DNA of 64,000 nucleotides from Limnochordia bacterium (lineage in GTDB: Bacteria; Bacillota; Limnochordia; DTU080). Location: positions 96,001-160,000 of the forward strand of contig JBMNJG010000004.1 of assembly GCA_050951545.1 (NCBI GenBank). Reading direction: 5' to 3'. The notes below the pieces were generated by a model. It worked only from the letters and a program-made list of their open reading frames with translations. It searched no databases and was not told where the DNA came from. Numbering within the stretch: position 1 is the stretch's first letter; every line of letters starts with the position of its first letter. Positions 28,844-40,524 of the stretch are shown one piece after another. A program made the position numbers and the translations under genes.

Positions 28844-29986
28844 CTAGGCAAAATCTTGCCCCACGTTCCCAGCCCACAGATCAAGGAAGTCTAGCAACTC
28901 GGAGCGGGACGGGCTGTGCTCGTAGCGCACGTAGAATCCTGACGTGGCCGTGCCTAAGACCAAGCAATCCTTTGGATAGAGGTTGAGCACCTGTCCCAGG
29001 CAGAAGCCAGCGTTGAAGTTATCGCCTGCTCCCGTGGTGAGCTTAGGCTGTGAAGTGTAGGGACCGTCGACTATACAGAAAGCCCCGTTGATCACGCAAG
29101 CAGCTTGGCCTAGAGGATGCACGACGACCCCGTAGGTATCCATGCTTTCGGCGATCGCCTTGGTGATCTCATCGAGAGGAGCATCCGCAGGCTCGCAGCT
29201 GAGCTCAAGCCTGAGGGCCTCGGCCACTTGTGTAGCTTCTTTGCGATTGAGGCCAAGGGTGGCTCTGCAAGGGCCGTCGAATCGCCGAATCGTCTCCAGG
29301 GCCTCTACGATCTCAGAACGAGAGCGTTTCTCGGGGTCGGCTAGATCGAAGAAGATCATCGGCGCCTCCTCGTATGTCGTGGCGGAAAACACATCGTCGA
29401 TGAGATGCTGCCAGAGCTCCGTCATAAAGGGGATCATTGTCCAATTGACCGTGGCGATGAGTCTGGTTCGCGAGAACAGTTCGATCAACTGAGGCAGAGG
29501 GATGGCCGCCAGAAGGTTCTCCCAGTTGATATCCTTAATAGTCTCGAGCTTTCCTAACATGACCTTACCATCGCTGAACTCCAGGGCGTCGGTGTGTCCA
29601 GGATCGGCGATAGAGATGACCCGGGCCTTTAGAGCCAACTCCCTAAAGACTGGATGCAAGGGTTGGCCAACGGCACCAATGTACGTAATATCCAGGCCCA
29701 GTGCGGCCAGGGCGTTGGCCATAATGGGGCCGTTGCCTCCCAGTTTGACTGCTTTGGGGACGAGCTCGATGTTAGTGGAAAGCCCTGCAGCTTTTGTGAT
29801 CCTTTCGCCAAGCTCTGCGATGGTGCCAATCTTGGTGTAGGTGTCGGGTGAAGTGCGCTTGTCGACTGCTTCAATGATCTCATCAACGAACCCGTCAAAC
29901 CCAATCACAGCTTGGGTCCCAGCTATCTGCGCGCTGCTTAGAGCATCTTTGGCGCGCTGTATCGCGTTCGATATTTCTACAGTCAT
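28844..29986 (-). CDS. PfkB/ribokinase-like carbohydrate kinase
   Basis: LGGNGPIMANAL, TTGAGDNFNAGF; AGGAGG RBS. Confidence 0.85.
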   Translation of the reverse strand: MTVEISNAIQRAKDALSSAQIAGTQAVIGFDGFVDEIIEAVDKRTSPDTYTKIGTIAELGERITKAAGLSTNIELVPKAVKLGGNGPIMANALAALGLDITYIGAVGQPLHPVFRELALKARVISIADPGHTDALEFSDGKVMLGKLETIKDINWENLLAAIPLPQLIELFSRTRLIATVNWTMIPFMTELWQHLIDDVFSATTYEEAPMIFFDLADPEKRSRSEIVEALETIRRFDGPCRATLGLNRKEATQVAEALRLELSCEPADAPLDEITKAIAESMDTYGVVVHPLGQAACVINGAFCIVDGPYTSQPKLTTGAGDNFNAGFCLGQVLNLYPKDCLVLGTATSGFYVRYEHSPSRSELLDFLDLWAGNVGQDFA

Positions 29987-30204
29987 GGCAGTCCCTCCTT
30001 GAATGGTTTCCCTAGCAGATGGAGTTCGTCTGCCATGCATCTATAACCTCCCTGTGTGCATACCGAAGAGCATGAAGTGTGGGCCAACGGCAAACACTTC
30101 GGATGCACAGACAGGCGTATGCTCTTTGACACTGCTGGAGCGGTGTGGTAACCTACAGTGAAAATGACACGGCATCCTTTTACAGGCAGGGGGATATTGT
30201 ATCG

Positions 30205-31989
30205 ATGACGTCCAACACGAAGCTCCTTCAATGGGTCAAGAAGATGGCAGAACTCTGCCAGCCAGACGCCGTTTACTGGTGCAATGGATCACAGCAGGAG
30301 TATGACGACCTCTGCGATCTCATGGTCGCTCAGGGTACGTTTGTGAGGCTCAATGAACAGAAACGTCCCGGTAGCTTCCTGTGCCGTTCTCATCCGGATG
30401 ATGTGGCGCGCGTAGAAGACAGAACGTTCATCTGTACCCGCCGTCGTGAAGATGCTGGTCCAACGAATAACTGGGTAGACCCTGTGGAGATGAAGACGAC
30501 CCTGAAGGGGCTGTTTAGAGGCTCCATGCGAGGGCGGACCATGTATGTGATTCCGTTTAGCATGGGGCCCTTGGGTTCTGACATTTCGCACATTGGGGTA
30601 GAGCTGACGGATTCCCCGTATGTGGTGGCCAACATGCGCATCATGACGCGTATGGGGCAGGCTGTCCTTGACGTATTGGGCCCAGATGGCGATTTCGTGC
30701 CCTGCCTGCATTCTGTAGGTGCGCCGTTGCAGCCGGGTGAGAAGGACGTCCCCTGGCCGTGCAATCCGGAGCACAAGTATATTGTCCATTTTCCCGAGGA
30801 GAAGAGCATTTGGTCCTATGGCAGTGGTTATGGGGGCAATGCTCTCTTGGGTAAGAAGTGTTTTGCGCTGCGCATAGCATCTTATATGGCGCGGGAACAG
30901 GGCTGGCTGGCTGAGCACATGCTTATTGTGGGTTTTGAGTCGCCCGAGGGCGAAAAGACTTATGTGGCCGCTGCCTTTCCCAGCGCGTGTGGCAAGACCA
31001 ATCTGGCCATGCTCATCCCGCCTGCGCATCTCGAGGGCTGGAAGGTCTGGACGGTCGGCGACGACATCGCGTGGATCAAACCGGGCCAGGATGGTCGCTT
31101 ATATGCCATCAATCCCGAGGCAGGTTTCTTTGGTGTGGCACCAGGGACATCCATGTCGTCTAACAGGAACGCCATGCTGTCAATCCGCGCGAACTCCATT
31201 TTCACCAACGTAGCGCTCACTCCTGATGGGGATGTCTGGTGGGAGGGTATGAGCGAGACTCCGCCAGCGTCATGTATCGACTGGCTGGGACAGGAATGGA
31301 CCCCGGACAGCGGTCGGCCAGCGGCCCATCCTAACGCTCGTTTTACCGCTCCGATCGCACAGTGCCCGGTTGTGGATCCAGCTTGGGATGACCCCCAGGG
31401 CGTGCCCATTAGTGCTTTCGTGTTCGGTGGTCGCCGTGCCAACAATGTACCCTTGGTCTTTGAGGCCTATAACTGGGGACACGGAGTCTACTTGGGGGCC
31501 ACCATGGGCTCTGAGACAACCGCAGCCGCTGCAGGTGCCGTGGGTCGGGTGCGAAGAGATCCTTTTGCCATGCTGCCGTTTGCTGGCTACCACATGGGAG
31601 ATTACTTTGCGCATTGGATCAGCATGCGCAAACGGGTGGCACACCCTCCGCGTTTTTTCCACGTCAACTGGTTCCGTAAGAATGAAGAGGGTAACATCGT
31701 GTGGCCTGGATTCGGCGAGAACATGCGCGTAATGAAGTGGATTGTCGACCGTTGCCGAGGGCGGGTCGGGGCTGTCGAAACACCGTTAGGATGGGCGCCT
31801 GAGCCCGGCGACTTTGACCTAGGTGATCTGCCGGACTTCACCGCCGAGGACCTGGCCTGGGTGCAATCTATTGATCGAGAAGACTGGAAGAGAGAAGCGC
31901 ATGAACAAGACGAGTTGTTCATCCAGCTTCATGATCGGCTACCCAAGGATCTGCTCTGTGAACGGGAGCTTCTAATATCCCGCCTCTAG
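30205..31989 (+). CDS. pckG: Phosphoenolpyruvate carboxykinase (GTP)
   Basis: [40 protein letters not shown]. Confidence 0.96.
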   Translation: MTSNTKLLQWVKKMAELCQPDAVYWCNGSQQEYDDLCDLMVAQGTFVRLNEQKRPGSFLCRSHPDDVARVEDRTFICTRRREDAGPTNNWVDPVEMKTTLKGLFRGSMRGRTMYVIPFSMGPLGSDISHIGVELTDSPYVVANMRIMTRMGQAVLDVLGPDGDFVPCLHSVGAPLQPGEKDVPWPCNPEHKYIVHFPEEKSIWSYGSGYGGNALLGKKCFALRIASYMAREQGWLAEHMLIVGFESPEGEKTYVAAAFPSACGKTNLAMLIPPAHLEGWKVWTVGDDIAWIKPGQDGRLYAINPEAGFFGVAPGTSMSSNRNAMLSIRANSIFTNVALTPDGDVWWEGMSETPPASCIDWLGQEWTPDSGRPAAHPNARFTAPIAQCPVVDPAWDDPQGVPISAFVFGGRRANNVPLVFEAYNWGHGVYLGATMGSETTAAAAGAVGRVRRDPFAMLPFAGYHMGDYFAHWISMRKRVAHPPRFFHVNWFRKNEEGNIVWPGFGENMRVMKWIVDRCRGRVGAVETPLGWAPEPGDFDLGDLPDFTAEDLAWVQSIDREDWKREAHEQDELFIQLHDRLPKDLLCERELLISRL

Positions 31990-32044
31990 GGCTGGTTGCA
32001 GGTTTCGTGTGGAGGGGGGCTGAGTGTGCCCCCCTCTGTTGGAC

Positions 32045-33115
32045 CTACGATGCAATGTAGACGATGCTGACCACTTCTGAGCGGTTGCTCTCTTGGCCGC
32101 CCTGGTCAACAGCAGTGACAACCACCTCGAGAACCCTGCCCGCGCCCAGTTGTTTGGTCGGATGGGTGTAGAGCCTTGTCCCTGCGTCGACTTCGTGTAC
32201 CAGGCCGAATTTGTCGAGCGGATCTTGCCGCAGATAGATACGGTATCCTTCGAGGTCACCCTCTGCATCTGGTACTTCAGGCCAGCTGATGTGCAGGCCG
32301 TCGCCTGTGATCGCTAGTTCCACATTGGTGGGGGCGGGTGGCGGATTGTCAATATTGCCGATGACCACGCACTCGCCAGTTACAGGATCCCACTGCAGAG
32401 AGGTTGTGCGTCCGGGCAAGATGCTTACTGTGTCCCAGTGGCTTTCATAGATCCGATCCTTGGCATAGAAGGAGTTGCTATACAGGGCGATGCTGTAGTC
32501 GTAGGTACCAGCTGGCAGCATCTTCGTCGCTGTCAGTGTACCGTCTGGCTCTTCCGTCATCGAGGTATAGCCACCTGGGTTAATGTAGAGGCGACCTTTC
32601 TGTGCTGCATGTAGTTGCGGATGAGCTTCTGGGTTCACAGTGACAGTAAGATAGCCTGGCAGAGGCCGTAGCACTAGCTCAAGCGTGGCGGTGTTGTTGG
32701 GCAAGATGCTGACATCGCCTTCGGCTTCATAGACTGCTTCGTCAGTGTCATCACAGACGCGCAGGGCTACGTGCCACACGCCAGGAAGCAAGTCCCCGAC
32801 GGTCGCTGAGGCTTGAGAATCTACCACAGGAACTTGCTGTGTGCGCTGCCTGCCATCTTTGCTTACAATGAGAGTGACCGCAGAGGCATCGGGGGATAGG
32901 TCGGGAATGGAAGACAAGTTGGCGGCAATCATGAGACGACCGGAAGCCTGTGAGTCTTCTTGGACATTACTCAGGCGGTTCACGCTTCGCATGGGCAGTA
33001 GACTGCACCCGCCAGCGAGTGCCGCTATTGCCACGACAGTTGCCGCTCTCCACACCAAGGAGCGCCATCGGCTTTTGGGTAGTTGCCCAGCTCGTAAGAG
33101 AGGAGATGTGCTCAT
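32045..33115 (-). CDS. Putative lipoprotein with C-terminal fibronectin type III domain
   Basis: Lipobox-like LAGGC; PPAPTNV...ISW...GYRIY...VTAVD.GGQES. Confidence 0.75.
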   Translation of the reverse strand: MSTSPLLRAGQLPKSRWRSLVWRAATVVAIAALAGGCSLLPMRSVNRLSNVQEDSQASGRLMIAANLSSIPDLSPDASAVTLIVSKDGRQRTQQVPVVDSQASATVGDLLPGVWHVALRVCDDTDEAVYEAEGDVSILPNNTATLELVLRPLPGYLTVTVNPEAHPQLHAAQKGRLYINPGGYTSMTEEPDGTLTATKMLPAGTYDYSIALYSNSFYAKDRIYESHWDTVSILPGRTTSLQWDPVTGECVVIGNIDNPPPAPTNVELAITGDGLHISWPEVPDAEGDLEGYRIYLRQDPLDKFGLVHEVDAGTRLYTHPTKQLGAGRVLEVVVTAVDQGGQESNRSEVVSIVYIAS

Positions 33116-33371
33116 GTCCTTGGGCCTCCTATCTCCCTCCGGGTGGCCCGTATATCATAGCCTGTAAGCACCGGAGTACCAAACGCGCTAGGCACGCTTG
33201 TCGCACCGTTTGGGCAGAACGGGCACCGGACGAGCCTTTGCCAGACTCGCTCGCACGCCCGATTCGCCTCCCAGCACAGCGGAGCGTCAGGAGTCATGGA
33301 CAGATAACTGCTTTTGCACTATGATGAGAAATGAAGCTGGAAAGCATGTTCGTTGCGGAAAGGGGAAGCGC

Positions 33372-34772
33372 ATGGCTAAGAGCCAGCTCGACCTCAGTTA
33401 CGAGTACAAGTATGGGTTTCGCGATGCGGAGAACTATGCCTTTAAGAGCCAGAAGGGCTTGAGCAAGGAGATCGTGGCTCAGATATCAGAGATGAAAGGC
33501 GAGCCAGCGTGGATGCGAGAACTGCGCCTGCGCGCCTACGAAATATTCGTGAGCAGACCCATGCCCACCTGGGGTGCCGATCTATCAGGGGTCGACTTCC
33601 AAGACATCTTCTACTACGTGCGGGCTAGCGAAAGGCCTGGTCAGACGTGGGATGAGGTTCCTACGGAAATCAAGAACACGTTTGATCGCCTCGGTATTCC
33701 CGAGGCTGAGCGCAAGTTTCTGGCAGGGGTTTCTGCTCAATATGAGTCAGAGGTGGTCTACCAGAGTATTCACAGCGATCTGAAGCGGCAGGGAGTCATC
33801 TTCTGTGATACGGACACGGCCCTGCGCGAGCATCCGGAGTTGTTCCGTGAGCACTTCGGTACAGTGGTACCACCTACCGACAACAAGTTCGCAGCGCTGA
33901 ACTCTGCAGTATGGAGCGGCGGCAGCTTTATCTGGGTTCCGGAGGGGGTCAGCGTGGATATTCCATTGCAGGCTTACTTCCGTATCAATACGGAGAACAT
34001 GGGGCAGTTCGAACGAACTTTGATCATATGCGAGCCTGGCAGTTTCGTGCACTACGTAGAAGGGTGCACTGCGCCTCAGTACTCATCAAGCTCGCTTCAC
34101 AGTGCTGTCGTTGAGATCATCGTCAAAAAGGGTGCTCGTTGTCGTTACAGCACGATCCAGAACTGGTCCAAGAACGTCTACAACCTCGTTACTAAGCGCG
34201 CTCACGCTCATGAAGAGGCGACTATGGAGTGGATTGACGGCAACCTAGGCAGTCTTGTCACCATGAAGTATCCCGCTGTCTACATGTTGGGGCGCGGCGC
34301 CAAGGCAGACATCCTTTCCATCGCTCTCGCTAGTGCTGAGCAGCAGCTAGATGCGGGTGCCAAGGTAGTACACGCAGCTCCAGATACCACCTCCACGGTC
34401 GTCTCCAAGTCGATCAGCGTTGCAGGCGGGCATACCACCTATCGGGGACTCGTGCACATCGCGGGCAATGCGCAAGGCAGTAGAACCAAGGTCAACTGCG
34501 ATACCCTGATTTTTGATGAAACGTCGAAATCAGACACGATTCCGCGCATCCAGGTACACAGCGACGATGTGACGATGGAGCATGAGGCTACAGTGTCAAA
34601 GGTAAGCGAGGAGCAGCTATTCTATCTCCAGAGCAGGGGCTTGAGCGAAGAGCAGGCTACCATGATGATCGTGATGGGTTTCATCGAACCATTCGCCAAG
34701 GAGCTGCCCATGGAGTATGCAGTAGAGCTCAACCGTCTCATTCAACTCGAGATGGAAGGTTCGGTGGGCTGA
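33372..34772 (+). CDS. sufB: Fe-S cluster assembly protein SufB
   Basis: [41 protein letters not shown]. Confidence 0.96.
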   Translation: MAKSQLDLSYEYKYGFRDAENYAFKSQKGLSKEIVAQISEMKGEPAWMRELRLRAYEIFVSRPMPTWGADLSGVDFQDIFYYVRASERPGQTWDEVPTEIKNTFDRLGIPEAERKFLAGVSAQYESEVVYQSIHSDLKRQGVIFCDTDTALREHPELFREHFGTVVPPTDNKFAALNSAVWSGGSFIWVPEGVSVDIPLQAYFRINTENMGQFERTLIICEPGSFVHYVEGCTAPQYSSSSLHSAVVEIIVKKGARCRYSTIQNWSKNVYNLVTKRAHAHEEATMEWIDGNLGSLVTMKYPAVYMLGRGAKADILSIALASAEQQLDAGAKVVHAAPDTTSTVVSKSISVAGGHTTYRGLVHIAGNAQGSRTKVNCDTLIFDETSKSDTIPRIQVHSDDVTMEHEATVSKVSEEQLFYLQSRGLSEEQATMMIVMGFIEPFAKELPMEYAVELNRLIQLEMEGSVG

Positions 34773-34794
34773 GAAGCGGGGAGGTTCCCGTGAG

Positions 34795-35889
34795 TTGCGC
34801 AGGTGGGGTACAAAGCTGTTCCTGGCACTATCGGTTCTTGTTTTTGCCCTTGATCTCTTTCTGCGTGGTGCCCTTCTGGAGTGGGGTGCTAAGTCTCCAG
34901 CGATCTGGGCAGGGGAGTACCATCGGCTGTTCAGCGCCACTTTCTTGCACGCTGATCTTCGTCATCTTCTGTTTAACATGTATGCTCTGTTTGTGTTCGG
35001 CAGTGTTGTGGAGAACCTCGTAGGCTCCGTTCGGTTCTGCATAGTATTCCTGCTGGGAGGGGCTGCAGGTTACGTAGCTAGTCTACTCGTGCAGCCCCAG
35101 TCGTTGGCTGTCGGAGCCTCCGCAGCCATTTTTGGTCTCATTGGCTATACAGTACATTTTCGCCTGCGGCGGTTGCCCAAGCGATACATGCGTATCGATA
35201 CTGAGTTGCTTCAGATTCTGGGACTCAATCTTCTCATTGGTCTCCTAGTGCCGCGCATCGATCAGATCGCGCATGTAGGGGGCTTCTTGGGTGGGGCCTT
35301 GGCTGGTTCGCTGGTCGGGCTACCCAGCCCGGAGGGCCAGAGAAGCCCGACCAGCATTGAGAGGGCTATGGGCCTGCTGCCATTTGCCCTCATGGCAGCA
35401 TTGGTGCTCAGCCCAGAGTGGGTCTTGACTACAACGCGGGCCATTTCGCCAGATGTCGGGGCGTATGTAGATCGTCGCTATGGTCCGTATATCCAGCCTC
35501 TGCGAGCCGATGCACAGATACTGATGTGGATCTACAGCGACGGGCGTGAGGGGGGTTGGCAGCCAGTGGACAAGGTGTTGCAGATTGATACGCGGCGGCC
35601 CGCACAACTAGCTTTATTCTGGCGGTGGGAAAAGGGCCGCGGCGCGACCACGGCGGGGTTCCCCTACGTTGTCCATTGGGAACGTCTGGACCCCAGCGGG
35701 CAGGTAACGGCTTATCATATGGAGACGGGCACCGCCTATGCACCGGATCCGGACCCCACTCTGATCTATGCCAGGAGCAGCATGCCAGTTGCCATTGGGC
35801 GCTGGCAGGTGCGACTCGTGGTCGATGGTCGTGAGGTTTGGAGGCAGCGCTGTGATGTGGTGGAGGAAGGGAGAAGAGCAGAAGGATGA
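34795..35889 (+). CDS. Rhomboid intramembrane serine protease with C-terminal soluble domain
   Basis: FLHADLRHLLFNM, GASAAIFG, AHVGGFLGG. Confidence 0.9.
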   Translation: MRRWGTKLFLALSVLVFALDLFLRGALLEWGAKSPAIWAGEYHRLFSATFLHADLRHLLFNMYALFVFGSVVENLVGSVRFCIVFLLGGAAGYVASLLVQPQSLAVGASAAIFGLIGYTVHFRLRRLPKRYMRIDTELLQILGLNLLIGLLVPRIDQIAHVGGFLGGALAGSLVGLPSPEGQRSPTSIERAMGLLPFALMAALVLSPEWVLTTTRAISPDVGAYVDRRYGPYIQPLRADAQILMWIYSDGREGGWQPVDKVLQIDTRRPAQLALFWRWEKGRGATTAGFPYVVHWERLDPSGQVTAYHMETGTAYAPDPDPTLIYARSSMPVAIGRWQVRLVVDGREVWRQRCDVVEEGRRAEG

Positions 35890-36734
35890 GTCAAGTGGTC
35901 TATTTGAACGGATCGTTTGTGCCCTATGCAGAAGCAGTAGTTCCCATAGAGGATCGCGGTTTTGTCTTCGCGGATGGCGTCTACGAAGCGGTTCGCTTCT
36001 ACGGAGGGAAGCCTTTTGCGTTGGATGAGCATCTCGCTCGCTTGGAGCGTAGTGCGGCAGCTATCGACCTCGAGCTACCTGCTGTGGAAGAGCTTGCCAT
36101 GGCCACTCGCGAGACAGTTGTGCGCAACAGATGCTCAGACGCTGTTGTCTATCTGCAGGTGACACGAGGTAGCGCTCCCCGCAAACATGAGTTTCCCGTA
36201 CCGAGCACTACCCCCACTGTCTTCATGATCGCTCGTGAGGTTGCTCGCCCTGATGCCAAGCGGCTGGCTGCAGGCGTAGCCTGTATCACGGTTCCAGACA
36301 TACGTTGGCATCGGTGCAACATCAAGTCGATTGCTCTGCTGCCGAATGTGCTCGCTAAGCAACAGGCGGCCGAGGCTGGTGCGGCTGAGGCGGTTTTAGT
36401 GCGTGACGGAGTCGTGACTGAGGGGGGGAGCTCCAATTTCTTCCTCGTCCGCGATAGCTGCCTGTTCACACATCCGGCTGATGAGCATATCCTCGCGGGG
36501 ATCACCCGCGGTATCGTGCTTTCCTTGGCTCGCGAGCTGCGGATCGAGGTACGAGAAGAGAAGTTCGGTCTTTCAGAAGTGGAAACGGCCAATGAGGCCT
36601 TTATTTCCAGTACGGGCATTGAGATCTTGCCTGTCACGACCATAGATGACAGGCGTGTGGGATGCGGGCTTCCGGGCCCCGTGACTATGCGCCTTTGGCA
36701 AGCATACGATGCACGAATTGCTCAGCTGTCATAG
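35886..36734 (+). CDS. dat: D-amino-acid transaminase (class IV aminotransferase)
   Basis: EDRGFVFADGVYE, QVTRG.APRKH.FP, CNIKSIALL, ILAGITR. Confidence 0.85.
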   Translation: MSQVVYLNGSFVPYAEAVVPIEDRGFVFADGVYEAVRFYGGKPFALDEHLARLERSAAAIDLELPAVEELAMATRETVVRNRCSDAVVYLQVTRGSAPRKHEFPVPSTTPTVFMIAREVARPDAKRLAAGVACITVPDIRWHRCNIKSIALLPNVLAKQQAAEAGAAEAVLVRDGVVTEGGSSNFFLVRDSCLFTHPADEHILAGITRGIVLSLARELRIEVREEKFGLSEVETANEAFISSTGIEILPVTTIDDRRVGCGLPGPVTMRLWQAYDARIAQLS

Positions 36735-36741
36735 ATCACAG

Positions 36742-36768
36742 GGGGCGAGCTCGTATGAGACTCGCCCC
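36742..36768. terminator. Hairpin between convergent dat and nadC
   Basis: GGGGCGAG...CTCGCCCC. Confidence 0.5.
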
Positions 36769-36796
36769 ACAGTCGCTCCTCATAACACAGTCGACG

Positions 36797-37636
36797 TCAG
36801 TGCGTGAGTTGCAGCCTGAGGCTCAGATCAAGGACGGGCGCTGAGTGTGTAAGCCAGCCCATCGAGATAATATCAACGCCCGTGGCAGCCACCGTGGCGA
36901 TGTGCTCGATTCGGATGTTTCCGGAGGCTTCAACGAGGGCTCGGCGGTCGATCCTGATGACAGCTTCGCGCATGGTCTCGGGATCCATGTTGTCCAACAT
37001 GATGGTGTCTACGCGGGCTGCCAGTGCCTCATCCACCTGAGCAAGGGTCTCCACCTCGACTTCGATCTTCACCAAATGGCCAATTCGCTCGCGTACTCGT
37101 CGGACTGCTTCGCTGATACCGCCTGCTACGGCCAGATGGTTGTCCTTGATCAGCACTGCATCGTCGAGCCCGAGACGGTGGTTGAAGCCACCGCCCACGC
37201 GCACCGCGTATTTCTCAAGGGCTCGTAGGCCTGGGGTGGTCTTACGTGTGTCTACGATGCGGGTGGCATAGGGGGCAACGGCCTCTACTGCCAATGCCGT
37301 TGCACTAGCGATACCAGAGAGGCGCTGGAGGAAATTCAGGGCCACGCGCTCGCCCAAAAGAACGCTCGCCGCTGGGCCCCGCAGGTGAAGCACTGTATCT
37401 CCGGGCTTCACGTCGGTGCCATCCGGAGCGTCGACGGTCATCTCCACGTTGGGTTCCAGCAGTTGAAAGGTCAGCATAGCTACTTCAATGCCAGCGATTC
37501 GTCCAGCCGCTTTGGCGACGATCTTGCCTCTTGCTTCGCTGCTCGATGGCACAATCGCTTCGGTAGTTAGATCGCCGTATCCGATGTCCTCATGAAGGCT
37601 ACGGCGGACCGTTTCTTCAAGCCAGATGGGATTCAC
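36797..37636 (-). CDS. nadC: Nicotinate-nucleotide diphosphorylase (carboxylating)
   Basis: DTRKTTPGLR, NHRLGLDDAVLIKDNH, EVEVE, MLDNM. Confidence 0.96.
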   Translation of the reverse strand: MNPIWLEETVRRSLHEDIGYGDLTTEAIVPSSSEARGKIVAKAAGRIAGIEVAMLTFQLLEPNVEMTVDAPDGTDVKPGDTVLHLRGPAASVLLGERVALNFLQRLSGIASATALAVEAVAPYATRIVDTRKTTPGLRALEKYAVRVGGGFNHRLGLDDAVLIKDNHLAVAGGISEAVRRVRERIGHLVKIEVEVETLAQVDEALAARVDTIMLDNMDPETMREAVIRIDRRALVEASGNIRIEHIATVAATGVDIISMGWLTHSAPVLDLSLRLQLTH

Positions 37637-37668
37637 GTGCTTGCTCCTTTGCAGTATCTTTCCTCCGT

Positions 37669-39267
37669 TTACGATAAAGGCGAGGCATGCTCCAAAGGAC
37701 CATCCGTGAACGAGATAACAAACACCCCGTCACGGTTGGTCGCGACACGCCGTTGCGCCCACCATGTCTGTTCAGAAGGGAAGTCCTTTCGGTAGTGGCC
37801 TCCTCGGCTCTCCTCGCGGGTAGCGGCTGCGTTGACGATCGCTTCTGCCACCTGCAGCATATTACATGCTGGATGCGTATGCGCAGCGTCTGTTGACGCG
37901 AGAAGAGCGAGCTCTTCTTTCGCCTTGGTAAGGCCGGGGGAACTGCGTTCAATTCCGGCCCTGTCCCACATAAGCTCCTGTAGGCGCTGGACGAGCTGAT
38001 CGCTTTCGGGGGCTTGCGAGGGTGGCGAAGGCTGGGACATAGGACCAGCGGGCCTAGCCTTGGCACTTACGTGTGGAGTCAGAGGAGGCATGCCTTCTAT
38101 CGCTGACGCTACGCGTGCCGCGAAGACCATCCCTTCCAGGAGTGAGTTGCTGGCCAGGCGGTTAGCGCCATGAACTCCAGTGCACGCAACTTCACCGCAG
38201 GCGAAGAGCCCGGGCACTGCCGTGGCTCCTTCGGTATCGGTCTGCACCCCTCCCATGATGAAGTGAGCAGCAGGGGCTACTGGTATCAGCTCGTGCCGCG
38301 GATCGATCCCTCGCTCACTGCACAGACCGAAGATAGTAGGAAAGCGAGTGGCGAAGCGTTCGCCCATATGCGTAGCGTCAAGATAGACTGCGCTGCCTCG
38401 CTGCATCTGCTCGAAAATGGCGCGGGCGACCACATCCCGTGGCGCCAGCTCTTGCCAGGGATGAATGGCGGACATGAAACGCTGGCCCTGTGCATTGAGT
38501 AGACGGGCGCCCTCGCCTCGTACAGCTTCGGAAATCAGAGGCATCGGGTTGGCATCTGTGGCTAGTGCCGTAGGGTGAAACTGCACGAACTCCATGTCTA
38601 GCAGTCGGGCTCCCGCTCTGATAGCCATGGCCTGACCATCACCAGTGGCCACAGTGGGATTGGTCGTATAGCGGTACAGCTGCCCGCAACCGCCTGAGGC
38701 CAGTACCGTGGCTCGGGCAAGACACCAGGAAAGCTCTCCGGACTCCGCGAGCAAGGCAGCACCAACACAGCGACCGCCACTGACGAGCAACTCAAGAGCC
38801 AGGCATCGCTCAACAATCGTCAGGTTGGGTGTGCGTCTAGCGTGGTCAGCCAGTGACTCTGTGAGTTCGGCGCCTGTGGCATCGCCTCGGGCGTGAACAA
38901 TGCGTCGATGGCTGTGTGCAGCTTCCCTGCCCAAGACAAGCTCCCCTGATGGCGAACGATCAAAATGGGTTCCCAGAGATATCAGGTCAAGTATGCGCTG
39001 GGGACCTTCGGTCACCAACACGGCCACCGCTTCCTCTAGACAAAGACCAGCGCCAGCCTGCAACGTATCATAGAGGTGCGCCTGTGGGGAATCCGACTCG
39101 CTGATGGCGGCAGCGATACCACCCTGAGCGTACCATGTGTTGCTCTCAAGCAGCCGGCCTTTGGTGACGAGGGTCACCGAACCATGTGCTGCGGCTCGGA
39201 TGGCCGTGTAGAGACCAGCTACACCACTACCGATAATAAGGAAATCAGTTTTCCGATGCTCTGTCAT
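37669..39267 (-). CDS. nadB: L-aspartate oxidase
   Basis: GSGVAG, AQGGIAA, QFHPT, GVHGANRLASNSLLEG; adjacent to nadC. Confidence 0.95.
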   Translation of the reverse strand: MTEHRKTDFLIIGSGVAGLYTAIRAAAHGSVTLVTKGRLLESNTWYAQGGIAAAISESDSPQAHLYDTLQAGAGLCLEEAVAVLVTEGPQRILDLISLGTHFDRSPSGELVLGREAAHSHRRIVHARGDATGAELTESLADHARRTPNLTIVERCLALELLVSGGRCVGAALLAESGELSWCLARATVLASGGCGQLYRYTTNPTVATGDGQAMAIRAGARLLDMEFVQFHPTALATDANPMPLISEAVRGEGARLLNAQGQRFMSAIHPWQELAPRDVVARAIFEQMQRGSAVYLDATHMGERFATRFPTIFGLCSERGIDPRHELIPVAPAAHFIMGGVQTDTEGATAVPGLFACGEVACTGVHGANRLASNSLLEGMVFAARVASAIEGMPPLTPHVSAKARPAGPMSQPSPPSQAPESDQLVQRLQELMWDRAGIERSSPGLTKAKEELALLASTDAAHTHPACNMLQVAEAIVNAAATREESRGGHYRKDFPSEQTWWAQRRVATNRDGVFVISFTDGPLEHASPLS

Positions 39268-39362
39268 GCCGCTAGAATCAGTCCTATCTAAAGGGAGCGC
39301 GAATGGCGAGCTGTCTAGGGCGACGGGCCGGGGTGTGTGCCGCGGCCCATCGTATGCTGATG

Positions 39363-40412
39363 CTAGAGATTAGCGCAGATCAGGTCGCCGATTTCGCTCG
39401 TAGAGTATCCCATGCGGCCCGCCGCCATGCTGTCTAGCATGGGGCAGACCTTCGCTATGGCCTGCTCAACGGCTGTCCCTGCTTCGCTGTTGCCCAGCGC
39501 GTCCAGCATCATCGAGACCGCGGAAATGGCCGCCAATGGGTTGATCACATTCCTGCCTGTGTACTTCGGCGCGGAGCCACCAATGGGCTCGAACATCGAT
39601 ACACCTTCAGGGTTGATGTTGCCACCTGCGGCGATGCCCATGCCTCCCTGAATGATTGCCCCAAGATCCGTAATGATATCGCCGAACATGTTATCCGTGA
39701 CAATGCAGTCGAACCACTCGGGGTTTTTCACCATCCACATGACGGTGGCGTCTACGTGAGCGTAATCGCGTTGGATGTCGGGGTACTCCGTAGAGCCCAG
39801 TTCGTGAAAAGTCCGTTCCCACAGGTCAAAGGCAAAGGTGAGTACATTAGTCTTGCCGCATAGGGTGAGCTTCCGCTGTCTGTTGCGCTTGCGGGCGAGC
39901 TCAAAGGCGTAGCGCAGGCAACGCTCAACACCTCGCCGTGTGTTCACAGACTCCTGTATGGCCACCTCATCGGGTGTTCCGCGCCGTAGAAATCCACCTG
40001 CACCAGTGTAGAGACCTTCGGTATTTTCGCGGACGACCATGAAGTCGATCTCAGCGGGACCTTTGTCTTTTAGGGGGGTCTCTACGCCTGGGTAGAGCTT
40101 TACAGGACGCAGGTTGATGTACTGGTCCAACTCAAAACGGAGGCGCAGCAAAATCCCCTTTTCCAAGACACCAGGCTTAACCTCTGGGTGCCCGATGGCA
40201 CCAAGATAGATGGCATCAAACTGCCGCAACTCGTCCACCGCTGAGTCAGGAAGAACTTCGCCGGTACGTAGGTAGCGTTCGCCGCCAAAATCGTAGGTCA
40301 CCGTTTCGTAGCGGAAGCCGTACTTGGCAGCCACCGCTTCGAGTACTTTCAATCCCTCGCGAACCACTTCCGGGCCGGTTCCGTCGCCCCCAATAACTGC
40401 GATCCTGTACAT
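39363..40412 (-). CDS. leuB: 3-isopropylmalate dehydrogenase
   Basis: [33 protein letters not shown]. Confidence 0.88.
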   Translation of the reverse strand: MYRIAVIGGDGTGPEVVREGLKVLEAVAAKYGFRYETVTYDFGGERYLRTGEVLPDSAVDELRQFDAIYLGAIGHPEVKPGVLEKGILLRLRFELDQYINLRPVKLYPGVETPLKDKGPAEIDFMVVRENTEGLYTGAGGFLRRGTPDEVAIQESVNTRRGVERCLRYAFELARKRNRQRKLTLCGKTNVLTFAFDLWERTFHELGSTEYPDIQRDYAHVDATVMWMVKNPEWFDCIVTDNMFGDIITDLGAIIQGGMGIAAGGNINPEGVSMFEPIGGSAPKYTGRNVINPLAAISAVSMMLDALGNSEAGTAVEQAIAKVCPMLDSMAAGRMGYSTSEIGDLICANL

Positions 40413-40524
40413 GGACAGCCTCCCCAGTGAATCGTGTCACGCTGTGCGGGCACTTGAAGAATCAAGCTTCGTTGACGTCGCCTTTTCTCCTGCCAGGAGC
40501 ATGCTTCTCACGCTGTATACAAGC

